A program made the position numbers and the translations under genes. Shown piece after piece: positions 11,315 through 22,628 of a stretch of DNA of 22,628 nucleotides (the first letter of the stretch is position 1; each line of letters opens with the position of its first letter). Source of the stretch: Zygophlyctis sp. KS116 (Eukaryota > Fungi > Chytridiomycota); NCBI GenBank assembly GCA_054661495.1, contig BAAFSQ010000161.1, positions 1-22,628 of the forward strand, read 5' to 3'. Under the pieces are notes generated by a model. The model was not told the origin of the DNA. It searched no databases and saw only the letters and a program-made list of their open reading frames with translations.

Positions 11315-13015
11315 TCAAGATTGGAGCCATGGATGATTCATGACCTCTGAAATCGAGTATCTATCCTCTGTTTTCAGTTGTAACATTCCAAGTAATAGAT
11401 TTATACAGGTGGGTGATATCTGAGCTTTTTCTAATCTAGATGGGTCCCATCGGCCGTTGATGATTGACATTTGAAGTCGAGGAAGATATGAATCATTAAA
11501 TGGTAGAGATCCTGTCAGGAGAGCGTGTAAAACACATCCCATTGACCATATATCACTAGGTAACTTTGAAGATTTTGACTGCTTAAGGATCTCTGGAGCA
11601 CAATAATGAAGAGATCCAGGAGCAAAACATTTAGAATCTTGTAAAGGTATATGGATTGTTTCAGAATTAGTACCTACTTGAACAGACATTGATCGTGTAT
11701 GACAAGAGTTTGGGCCATTGGTTGATTTAGGTATCCTATCATTTTTCGATGCCTCAAATTCATCCCAAAAAGAGTCAGAAATCGATTCAGAGAGTCCAAA
11801 ATCTGATAATTTTATATTCATTTTTGTGTGATCTAGTAGAATATTTTCAAGTTTGATATCTCTATGTACTATTCCAGCTTTTAAATGTAGATAATGAACT
11901 GCAGACGCCAACTGCTTAAAAAGAGAAAGTGCCATAGACTCTGGTAATCCTGGACGACCTTCTTTTAAAATATAATCTAAAAGATGGCCACCTTGTGCAA
12001 GTTCTGTAACTACTAAAACTGCATCATCTGTATCAAATGATTCATACATTCGTAAAAGATTTGGATGAGATAATTTCGACCATAGGTATGATTCTTTTTG
12101 CAGGGCAAGCTTATCAAAAGAAAGATTTGAATCTGAATGAATGATTTTAATTGCTACTAAAGGATTTTGAGGATCTATTGAACTTGCTTCATAAACCCTT
12201 GAAAAACAACCTGATCCAATTTCTCTTATTAGAGTATAATCTCCAATAACATCCCCTGGACTATAAATTCCAAGTAAATTTGTATCACCAGCAGCTATTA
12301 TACTTTAATTATTTAAAAACTTACGTGAAATTATAGCTTGTTGTTCAGTAAAAGAAGACAACCAAGATACAGCAGGAGACATTCCTAAAGAAGAAAAACT
12401 TTCAGAAGTTACAGGAGATATTGAAGATGTCCTCTTTGAACCAGCTTCTGAAGCTCGTTTTTTTACAAGAATAGATGCTGGTGAATTAGACATTTTTGTT
12501 GAGAATGATCTTCGTGCCCATTGCTGCCTTTGAGATGCTGATTCATCTCTAGACATTCTCGGAAGAGTCTGATGAGTTTGCGTAATTGTAGCACTTAAAG
12601 GGGTAACAGAGTCCGTTTCTGTAGATGTGCTTTCCCATTTTTGAGAGACAGGAATCTCAACAGGAGAAGCATTATTTCTAATTTCATTCATAGTCTCTTT
12701 TCCTTGAGCTGAATGAGATGCAATCTGTGGTGGTTTTACGTTTCCAAATGAAGCCTTCATCCATGATTCCGCAGCAGATACTTCAGGAATAGTAGATACA
12801 GTTAATATTGAGCCTAGAGCAGAGAATGGCTTTTGTAAACTGGTTTTTTGAGGAATTGGCAGTCTTTCAAAGGCATTATTTTCAAGACTTATGCGCTCAC
12901 CGGTACTTGATAATCCTGGACCGGTTCCGCAGAAAATACTTTTCGCTGGAGCTGATTTTGTGAGTTGTGCCTTGCAAGTTGCAGAGGGAATTTCTTTTGG
13001 TTCGCTGTTTTGCAT
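11315..13015 (-). CDS. Ser/Thr protein kinase, CAMK group, with long Ser-rich N-terminus (Nnk1/Prr1-like; ~556 aa)
   Basis: IGSGCFSRV, VAIK, HRDIKLEN, DFG, GSLHYCAPE, DIWSMG. Intron 12324-12295 (30 nt). Start taken as MQNSEPK (13015); an upstream ATG at 13060 would overlap LeuRS. Confidence 0.88.
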
Positions 13016-13040
13016 TGTTTTTTGCGTGGTTTGTCCGTAG
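13016..13040. promoter_or_regulatory. Putative 25-nt bidirectional core promoter between kinase and LeuRS
   Basis: Only sequence between two divergent ATGs; contains TTTTGCGTGGTTTGTC, near-identical to TTTTGCGCGTTTGTC upstream of the ACAD ATG. Confidence 0.4.
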
Positions 13041-15135
13041 ATGCATCGGCCCAAGTTCATTCTGCCAATGTTCCCCTATCCTTCCGGTAAACTGCATCTG
13101 GGACATGTTAGAATCTATACTTTTGCTGATCTCTTGAATCGTTTTCACTCTCAGATGGGAAGTACTGTCTTTACTCCAATGGGATGGGATGCTTTTGGTT
13201 TACCAGCAGAGAATGCTGCATTGGAGAGAAGAATAGATCCTCAATCATGGACTGCATCAAATATAGAAACTATGAAAAAGAGCTTTGCCGACTTGGATTT
13301 GAGTCTAGATTGGAAAGCAGAGATTAATACTAGTGATAAAGAGTATTATAAATGGACTCAATGGCTGTTTTTACTAATGTTCTCAAAAGGTCTTGCATAT
13401 CAGAAACATGCATTAGTAAATTGGGATCCTGTAGATCAAACAGTTTTAGCAAACGAACAGGTAGATCATAAGGGGAGAGCAGAAAGGTCGGGAGCAGAGG
13501 TTGAAAAACGATTTATGAAACAATGGTTTTTTAAAATTACAGATTATGCTGGTAGATTACATAATGATTTACATGAACTTGATTGGCCTGAAAATGTGAA
13601 ACAACAACAAATGAATTGGATTTTACAACAAAATGGGATCTTTATTCATGGAGAGATTTTTAATGCTAAAACTAAACAATCGGGTATTGAAAAGGTATTC
13701 ATATCTGAATCTGATTTCTTAAAAATGCCGCTTAGATTATTGGTTGGAACACGACATAGTCTTGCAAAGAATTGGGATCTAAATCACTTAAAAAAAGGAA
13801 AAAGGATATATAAACTGGATAATCTTTTTTTAAAAGATCCTTTTTTTCAAAATAAGATAGTTCCAGTCTTTTTAAGTACGGATATTCCAGATCAGGATGC
13901 AGTTTTGGAAACGAGTCAAGAGCCTAGAAATTCTAATATTTCATTTGATGAATGGGTTAAATCGAAAAGAGCTAAAACGGTCACAAATTATAGACTGCGT
14001 GATTGGCTTATATCTAGACAAAGAAATTGGGGAACTCCAATACCAATAATTCATTGTCAATCTTGTGGGCCAGTTCCGGTTCCTGAAAAGGATCTTCCTG
14101 TTGTTTTAAACTCTGATAACAAAAGTTTAGAAGTGGAATGTCCAAAATGTGGGTCAATGGGGGTCAGAGAAACAGACACAATGGATACTTTTGTCGATAG
14201 TTCTTGGTATTGGGCAAGATTTACGGATCCTCATAATTCATCAAGGTATAATAATTTTGTTAAATTATAGAATCGTTGATCCTAAAGTGGCGAATAATAT
14301 GCTTCCTGTAGATATCTATATAGGAGGAATCGAACACTCTATACTTCATTTATTGTATGCAAGATTTATGGGAAAGTTTATGACTGACAATAATATTGTT
14401 AATTTACCCAATGGAGAACCGTTTTCAAAGCTAATTACAGTTGTATGAATTATGATTTTTAAGAAAATTTAGGGAATGGTTAAAGGCAAAACACTTAAAG
14501 ATAAATCCGGTCGCTACTATTCAGAATCTGACTGCGTTAGTGCTGATAAAGGATTAAAGTCTATCAAAGGAACACCAATTACAGTTGGTTATGAGAAAAT
14601 GTCAAAGAGCAAAGGGAATGGAGTCGATCCTCATGTAAGAATAATTCACCTAAATTGTAGAAAATTTTGGATAAATACAATTCAGATGTACTTCGCTTGT
14701 ACATTTGCTCTCGTGTAGGAATGGAAGATGAATTACGATGGGATGATTCGAGCATAATTGGAATGTCTCGATGGCTAAATAATTGTGATAAACTTATTCA
14801 AGATTTTGAAAATTCAATTGGATCAATTTCTTGTCAAGATCTTGAAAATATTCCATTACAAGAAAGTCAATTAAAAACTGTGAAAAAGGTATTATAGATT
14901 TCTTTTATATATTTAGGTGACTGATTGCTTTTTGAAAAATTGGAATTTCCACAATGCCATCTCCGCCTTGATAATCTATTTCAACAATCTCAAGAAATCT
15001 TCAGTACCATGGACTGATGTATCAAGGCAAAAAGAATTTGTCACCTTTATTCAAATGATGCATCCATTTTCCCCAAATTGGACAGAAAAAGTCATGACTC
15101 GACACAATATACCACTAAAATGGCCCAAAAACTAA
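13041..15135 (+). CDS. Leucyl-tRNA synthetase, bacterial/mitochondrial type (NAM2/LARS2-like), reduced (~661 aa)
   Basis: [13 protein letters not shown] (HIGH), [54 protein letters not shown]. Introns 14246-14270 (25 nt), 14443-14472 (30), 14635-14660 (26), 14889-14916 (28). Confidence 0.92.
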
Positions 15136-15593
15136 TCTTTATTCAGAAATTTCAATCTAGCCTGCTGGATCATATACGCCTTTCTTTGTTTCAGCAAGTT
15201 TTGGCGTTTATCACTTTCCGATTCCCAAATTTTTGGCGGTTCCTCATCTACAATTGGACTGGAGAGTATTTCTGACATATGCAAACTCTGAGAGATTTTT
15301 GAAGATGTGGCACTTGAATCTACATTATTCCTTTGATTATTATTAATTGTTGAGACTTGTGATCTTTCCAGTCTTCCGGATATAATTTTCTCGCAAGTTT
15401 CTTCAACTCTTGAACCAGCTCTTAAATCATTTTCAATCAAAGATTTTGGAACATGAGGAAACATTGACGACACCAACTTGACTCTAGATTCCAAATCTTG
15501 TAAATTCTGCTCATTACCACCAGTATAATAATAATAAACGAGCACAATAATTAGACCAAGGATCAATAATTCAATTGACGGCAACTGATTCAT
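15132..15593 (-). CDS. Cue1/Cue4-like ER membrane CUE-domain protein (ERAD E2 recruiter; ~153 aa)
   Basis: N-terminal TM LLILGLIIVLVYYYY; CUE motif SMFPHVP..IENDL...VEETCEKII; C-terminal U7BR/G2BR-like RQNLLKQRKAYMIQQARLKFL. Confidence 0.8.
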   Translation of the reverse strand: MNQLPSIELLILGLIIVLVYYYYTGGNEQNLQDLESRVKLVSSMFPHVPKSLIENDLRAGSRVEETCEKIISGRLERSQVSTINNNQRNNVDSSATSSKISQSLHMSEILSSPIVDEEPPKIWESESDKRQNLLKQRKAYMIQQARLKFLNKD

Positions 15594-15635
15594 TTTCGTA
15601 AAAGTCAAGGGAAAAACAAGTTCAAGGTCAAGTAT

Positions 15636-16042
15636 TTACATTGTTGCTAGTTGTTGTTTACTAATATTTTTAAATAAATTGATCTTCTAAGAATAAAATT
15701 AAATAAACTTACATCAACAATATACATGTCTTCTTTATATTTTTGAGATTCGCTGTAAGCAGTGATATATTTCCAACCAAGAACAAGATCACAGCCATTG
15801 CAAATTACGTCTGCAATGTCAAAGTTTCCTGATGAAAGCGTTTTATTAGAAATGTCTCCAATTGAAATATTGACTAGAGATGATGCTAAATATGCTCTTC
15901 CAGATTTTGACATGTATGACTTTGATACAATGTCACCAGAAGAAATTAAATGAGTTGAGCAACTCGAACAACTATACTTTATTATTTTATGGTACCTGTA
16001 CAAGATGTCGGCGGTCAAGTACTTTTTATACAATTTTCCCAT
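15636..16042 (-). CDS. Yippee/YPEL zinc-binding protein (~126 aa)
   Basis: CSSCSTHL, SKSY..SGRAYL, IADVICNGCDLVLGWKY, SQKYKE. Intron 15712-15687 (26 nt) gives C-terminus KINLFKNISKQQLATM, stop 15638-15636. Confidence 0.88.
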
Positions 16043-16068
16043 TGGAATTTTAAAGAGATTAAAGAGGC

Positions 16069-17259
16069 TTAAGGCTTTATTTCGGAATACAAAATTAGTC
16101 TGTTCAATCCATACGTTGAATAATCAAAATCTAATTCTTGTTGATCGGTTTTATAGATTTTAAAAGATTGTATTATTCCCCATAGTCCCCACAATAAATG
16201 TGAACAAGCCGTAAATATAGGAATTTTCTTTAAAATATCTGATAATTCAGTCTTGTAATCATCTTGGGTTTTAGAGTCTTTAGATTTTAAATAATGTAAT
16301 ATAAATGTTTCTTGTTCTTGCAAGGAAGGATATCTTGTTTTATCAAGAGAATGTGGTGTGTCAGAGTTATAGTCTGCCATCCATTCACAAAAAAAGTTTG
16401 CAATTTCATATTCCAAATAATTAAGGCCTGAATATTCGTAATCTAAAAAGATTATTCGATTAGAATCATGAAATTTCATAATATTTCCAAATTGAAGATC
16501 ATTATGGGAAAATACAGTCGTGCAGTTTACTCCTACTAATGTCTTTAGTCTCTTGATTTCAGTATCTATCCTTTAAATTTGAAGTCTAAATTACCAAAAG
16601 AATCAAAATTTACAACCTGTTTGACTCGTTGATTTAATTCTGGGTATTTTAATAAAGTTTTTTGTGCTAGAGTATACCATTTTTCAAGATTTTCCCAAAG
16701 AATTAAATTAGATTCAATGCAAGTGATTGAGTGAAATTTAGCTAATGATTCAGCAATTGCAAGACTTTCAGATCTTATAGTTTTTGAATTTAGGCTAGAT
16801 GCATTTAAAAACTCTTCAAGTCGTCCATTAGAAAATGTAGTTAGACACTGTGGTCCGACAGATAATTCAGATAATTTTATGAAATGGTTTCTATAATGAG
16901 ATTAGTAGAATGTACAATTCAATATCTCTATCAATCAAGTCTTCAGACTCTCCATACACTCGAAGAATGACAGACTTATTGTTTGATAAGTCGACTCTCC
17001 ATACAAAATTGCTAAGTGCTCCAGAGAAACGATGCATTTTAATTGGAGTTCCTAAATTAATGCAAATGTTTGCTATATCATCTAAAGAAGGATTTTGACT
17101 TAATATCAATGGGATATGGTAAACTGGTCTTTTAAAGGATTCATTGCTGGTCGGATCTGATGCATTGGTTACACTTCCAGTCTTTAGAGAAAATTCAACT
17201 AATTCAATAGCTCCAGATGTAGGAATTTCTCTTGATCCTTTGCTTTTAAAGAAATACAT
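16069..17259 (-). CDS. Choline/ethanolamine kinase (~378 aa)
   Basis: SGALSN, ILRVYG, FSNGRLEEFL, Brenner motif FSHNDLQFGNI, FLDYEYSG, IANFFCEW, HLLWGLWG. Introns 16915-16891 (25 nt) and 16594-16566 (29). Confidence 0.92.
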
Positions 17260-17266
17260 TCAGTAC

Positions 17267-17464
17267 ATCAGGTGCTACCCACCCCCAGATGAAGTTTCCC
17301 AGATCGCAGAAAGTCAGGTTTTATGATCAGATAGAATGATTGATTTATAATGATATAATGTTGAAATTTTCATGTAGTTATGCATCGGGGATGGACCAGC
17401 ACAAATGCATCTCTAAGAAATTCCCGGGTGCGCTTTAAAGTGGGTGAGTAGGAGATCTGCTGAT
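17267..17464 (-). ncRNA. Candidate structured RNA (ncRNA gene or structured 5' leader); family not identified
   Basis: Nested complementary blocks 17267-17271/17460-17464, 17275-17284/17442-17451, 17291-17303/17412-17424 and 17380-17385/17405-17410. Several plus-strand C.A mismatches become G-U pairs on the minus strand. Confidence 0.45.
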
Positions 17465-17473
17465 TGAAATAAT

Positions 17474-20241
<2,768 letters not shown>

Positions 20242-20259
20242 ACGTTCGTAATATGTTTT

Positions 20260-22008
20260 TTATATTAATCTATAAAATAACAAATAAGCTTGGCATTTTC
20301 TGACTTGATCCCATGGTGTGCTTCTCGTATGTGAGTCAGAGCAATAAAACCAAGAGTTGGTATTATGTTTTCGCACATAAGATATGTAATGTCCACCAGC
20401 AAGACTTCCGTTATGGACAACGATTCCGTACAATTGATATCTTAAATTTTCAGGATCCTTGTCCGAAGATGAGATTTTTGGCACTAGAAATTGACCAGTC
20501 TCCAGATATTCATCAAACTCTACAAATGTATCAATCTTTTTAGTTCTAAATAATCCCATCGATTGAAATCGCTTCAGGTGAAAAATTAGAATCGGGGGAG
20601 TAGAGAATAGCAAGTAGCGCTTAAATGCTTTACGAAGAGCTGATTGAGGTGTAGATGAATCAATATTGCTTTCGATGCCATCTTTATTTTTCTTGTTGCA
20701 TTCATCACATATCCTTCTATTTTCTCCGTCCAAGATTTCAACTTCCATGAATTTTTCCAGACATTCTAACAAAGTTATGGCAGATCCTGATCTTTTGATA
20801 GTAATTTTCTTCAAAAGCTGGTTTGTACTTGATTTTGAAATATTTAGTTCGCCCAATCGCTTCACAAGATCATCAGGATCGTTGTTTTCTGTAGATGTAT
20901 TATTCTTAACGTTAAGATTATTTTAAATTACAATCGGAATAGAAAGAGACAATACAACATATTCTTCTTTCGATAAGCTGATAGATTCACATGTATCACA
21001 AATAATTAAACTGGCTAATTCCCCTCCAAATACCTCTTTTACAAAGGAAACCCTATTGGGCATTTTCTATCTTATGAATTTAGATATGATACCAGTTTAA
21101 ATTCTGAATCCATCAAATCCAACATTCTTAAAAGCAATTCATGACTATCTTGCTGACGAAATTGTGAATAAATCTTCCATTTTCTAGATAATCCTTGAAA
21201 CAACTCTTTTGGATTTAACGGTACCGCTGCAAGCTTATCAAAAGAATCCTTTTCAAGATTTAAAATCTTGATTTCCATTTCCTTCAAAACCTTTGAAAAT
21301 GAATTAATAAGTGTATTTTCTCCCAGTTCTAAAGGATCACTCTTTAAATTCTCAATCAACTTGAAAGAATGACAAAAACACTAAAATTAGTAAAAATTAA
21401 TCATGCCCCAATCTTACCTGCATTACTGAATTGAAAAAGCACGTATTACCCAAATTCACAATCCCGGGAATCAGTGGTGAATTTTGATGAGTTATCTCTT
21501 CATTACTTGGTAAGACACTTTTAATTTCAGGAACAGTAATCTTTAAAGCTTTCCCTAGCTTCAGCCTACCATCCCACAATAAAGATATAGAAGGATTTGG
21601 AATTAATGCATCATCACATTGATAACACCAAAAAGAAAGATCATTATCTACTATAGACTACCAATTAGAATTAATTTAAAGCAAAAAATACCACAGCTAT
21701 ACAATGATGCATTCGATTAGTTTCATAATGCATTTGTGCGTGTTGATTTTCATATCTTCCACATCCAAAATTCCCACAATATAAGCAAATCCAAAGCGAT
21801 GCATTACTTTCACAATTTTTGCAAGAGTCTAAATTCTTATGAGATAAATATTTTAAAGTTCTTGTGAGTCTGATGGCTCTAGTTAAGTGAGTGCATACGT
21901 TTTTCTCCTGTACTTCCTCCAAGTCTTTTTCAAGCATCGCATCCAAGACTGTAAATTAAGCATTCTCATTATACCGTCGGAAACAATCTTTTTCTTCTTC
22001 TTTGCCAT
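20260..22008 (-). CDS. Ubiquitin-specific protease with ZnF-UBP domain, USP16/USP45-like (~532 aa)
   Basis: Zn[31 protein letters not shown]; Cys box [16 protein letters not shown]; QQDSHELL; HLKRF; His box [17 protein letters not shown]. Introns 21974-21949 (26 nt), 21691-21658 (34), 21417-21381 (37), 21092-21067 (26), 20931-20905 (27). Confidence 0.9.
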
Positions 22009-22444
22009 CCAGTGCTATCTACAGCAATTGCCTAAGGTGCCACAGTGCCTAGGTTACAACAGGATTTCGGACGATAATGCATTCTCAATTTAATAAGGCT
22101 TTAGGATTAATGGTTATTTATCCATCGGGAAGTCGCTTCGGAGTAAATGGCAAATTTAGCTTTGATTATATTGTTGAAAGAAATATTCAAAAGGCCTTAA
22201 AAAGTATAAATTCTGAAAAGTGTATTGATACACAGACAGGATGTGGACTCACTGAATGACTACATTGTTCTGTAAGGTAATTTTTTTCATATAAAACAAA
22301 ATAGACACTGTTGGTCAACGATTGTCATATGAAAGCCTTTTTTGTCTATGATAAATAACTTCAATGTTGCAACATGATAATTCAAATCGCTTTTCCCCTA
22401 ATTCACAGCACTACCTGAGAGAATCAATCATGTCGAATTGAATG

Positions 22445-22531
22445 TAGGGTACTGACTAACTGCTAACTGTTATTTTTCCAAGTGTTATTTAACAGTTAGT
22501 TAGTGTGTAGTAAAATGTACTAACAGTTAGT
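22445..22531. repeat. Cluster of CTAACTG/CAGTTAG direct and inverted repeats
   Basis: CTAACTG at 22456 and 22463; TAACAGTTAGT at 22490 and 22521; palindrome ACTAAC-A-GTTAGT at 22519-22531; preceded by TAGGG at 22445. Confidence 0.65.
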
Positions 22532-22628
22532 GTTTTTATTTAGTGGCGTAGGACAGATTATCCACTGCTCTCAAAAATCGCTTTGCGACTCTTTACGATT
22601 CCCACATCATCTGCAGCTTCAGAAAGAG

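Noticed and set aside
11025-11330. 101-aa minus-strand ORF
   Set aside because: It overlaps the kinase 3' end, and the plus-strand model with signal peptide and canonical intron is more coherent.
12891-13040. Upstream LeuRS exon via a 24-nt GT..AG (13017-13040) that could supply a presequence
   Set aside because: The segment is more GC-rich than the real introns, and the added peptide (MRSPVLDNPGPV...) is the kinase antisense frame and does not look like a presequence.
17290-17322. TPP or cobalamin riboswitch resemblance (minus strand ACCUGA..CUGCG..GGGAA)
   Set aside because: No CUGAGA junction, no P5 stem-loop and no complete B12 box; the adjacent gene is unrelated to these cofactors.
17289-17438. 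29-aa plus-strand uORF before RSP5 using a 60-nt GT..AG intron (17318-17377)
   Set aside because: The intron would be about twice the local length mode and the peptide is unrecognisable; unsupported without RNA data.
22257-22380. Selenoprotein (in-frame TGA plus AUGA..AA..GA SECIS-like string)
   Set aside because: SECIS helix II does not pair and the TGA is not in a recognisable redox motif.

Overview
AT-rich eukaryotic nuclear DNA, not prokaryotic. Gene content is fungal: YAT amino-acid permease, ISN1, Rsp5, Cue1-like protein and a cytochrome b5/acyl-CoA dehydrogenase fusion. A C1orf109 homologue suggests an early-diverging (chytrid-like) lineage, which is inference only. The ORF track is fragmented because genes are split by very short GT-AG introns. 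I reconstructed 17 protein genes by hand, using 48 introns of 23-37 nt; every spliced model is a multiple of 3 and restores family motifs. The locus is extremely compact (about 1 gene per 1.3 kb): three convergent pairs overlap in coding sequence, tandem genes are 8-47 nt apart, and one divergent pair has ATGs 25 nt apart. Best leads: (1) a ~200-nt GC-richer spacer that folds as a long rod on the minus strand just upstream of the choline/ethanolamine kinase ATG; (2) a minimal bacterial/mitochondrial-type LeuRS with an eroded editing domain, no presequence and no C-terminal domain; (3) an overlapping C1orf109/MAK11 pair, both linked to Rlp24 handling; (4) operon-like gene runs with a recurring GCG..GTTTG motif just before ATGs; (5) co-location of Rsp5, an arrestin, a permease and a DUB. 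No searches were run; all family calls come from motif recognition.
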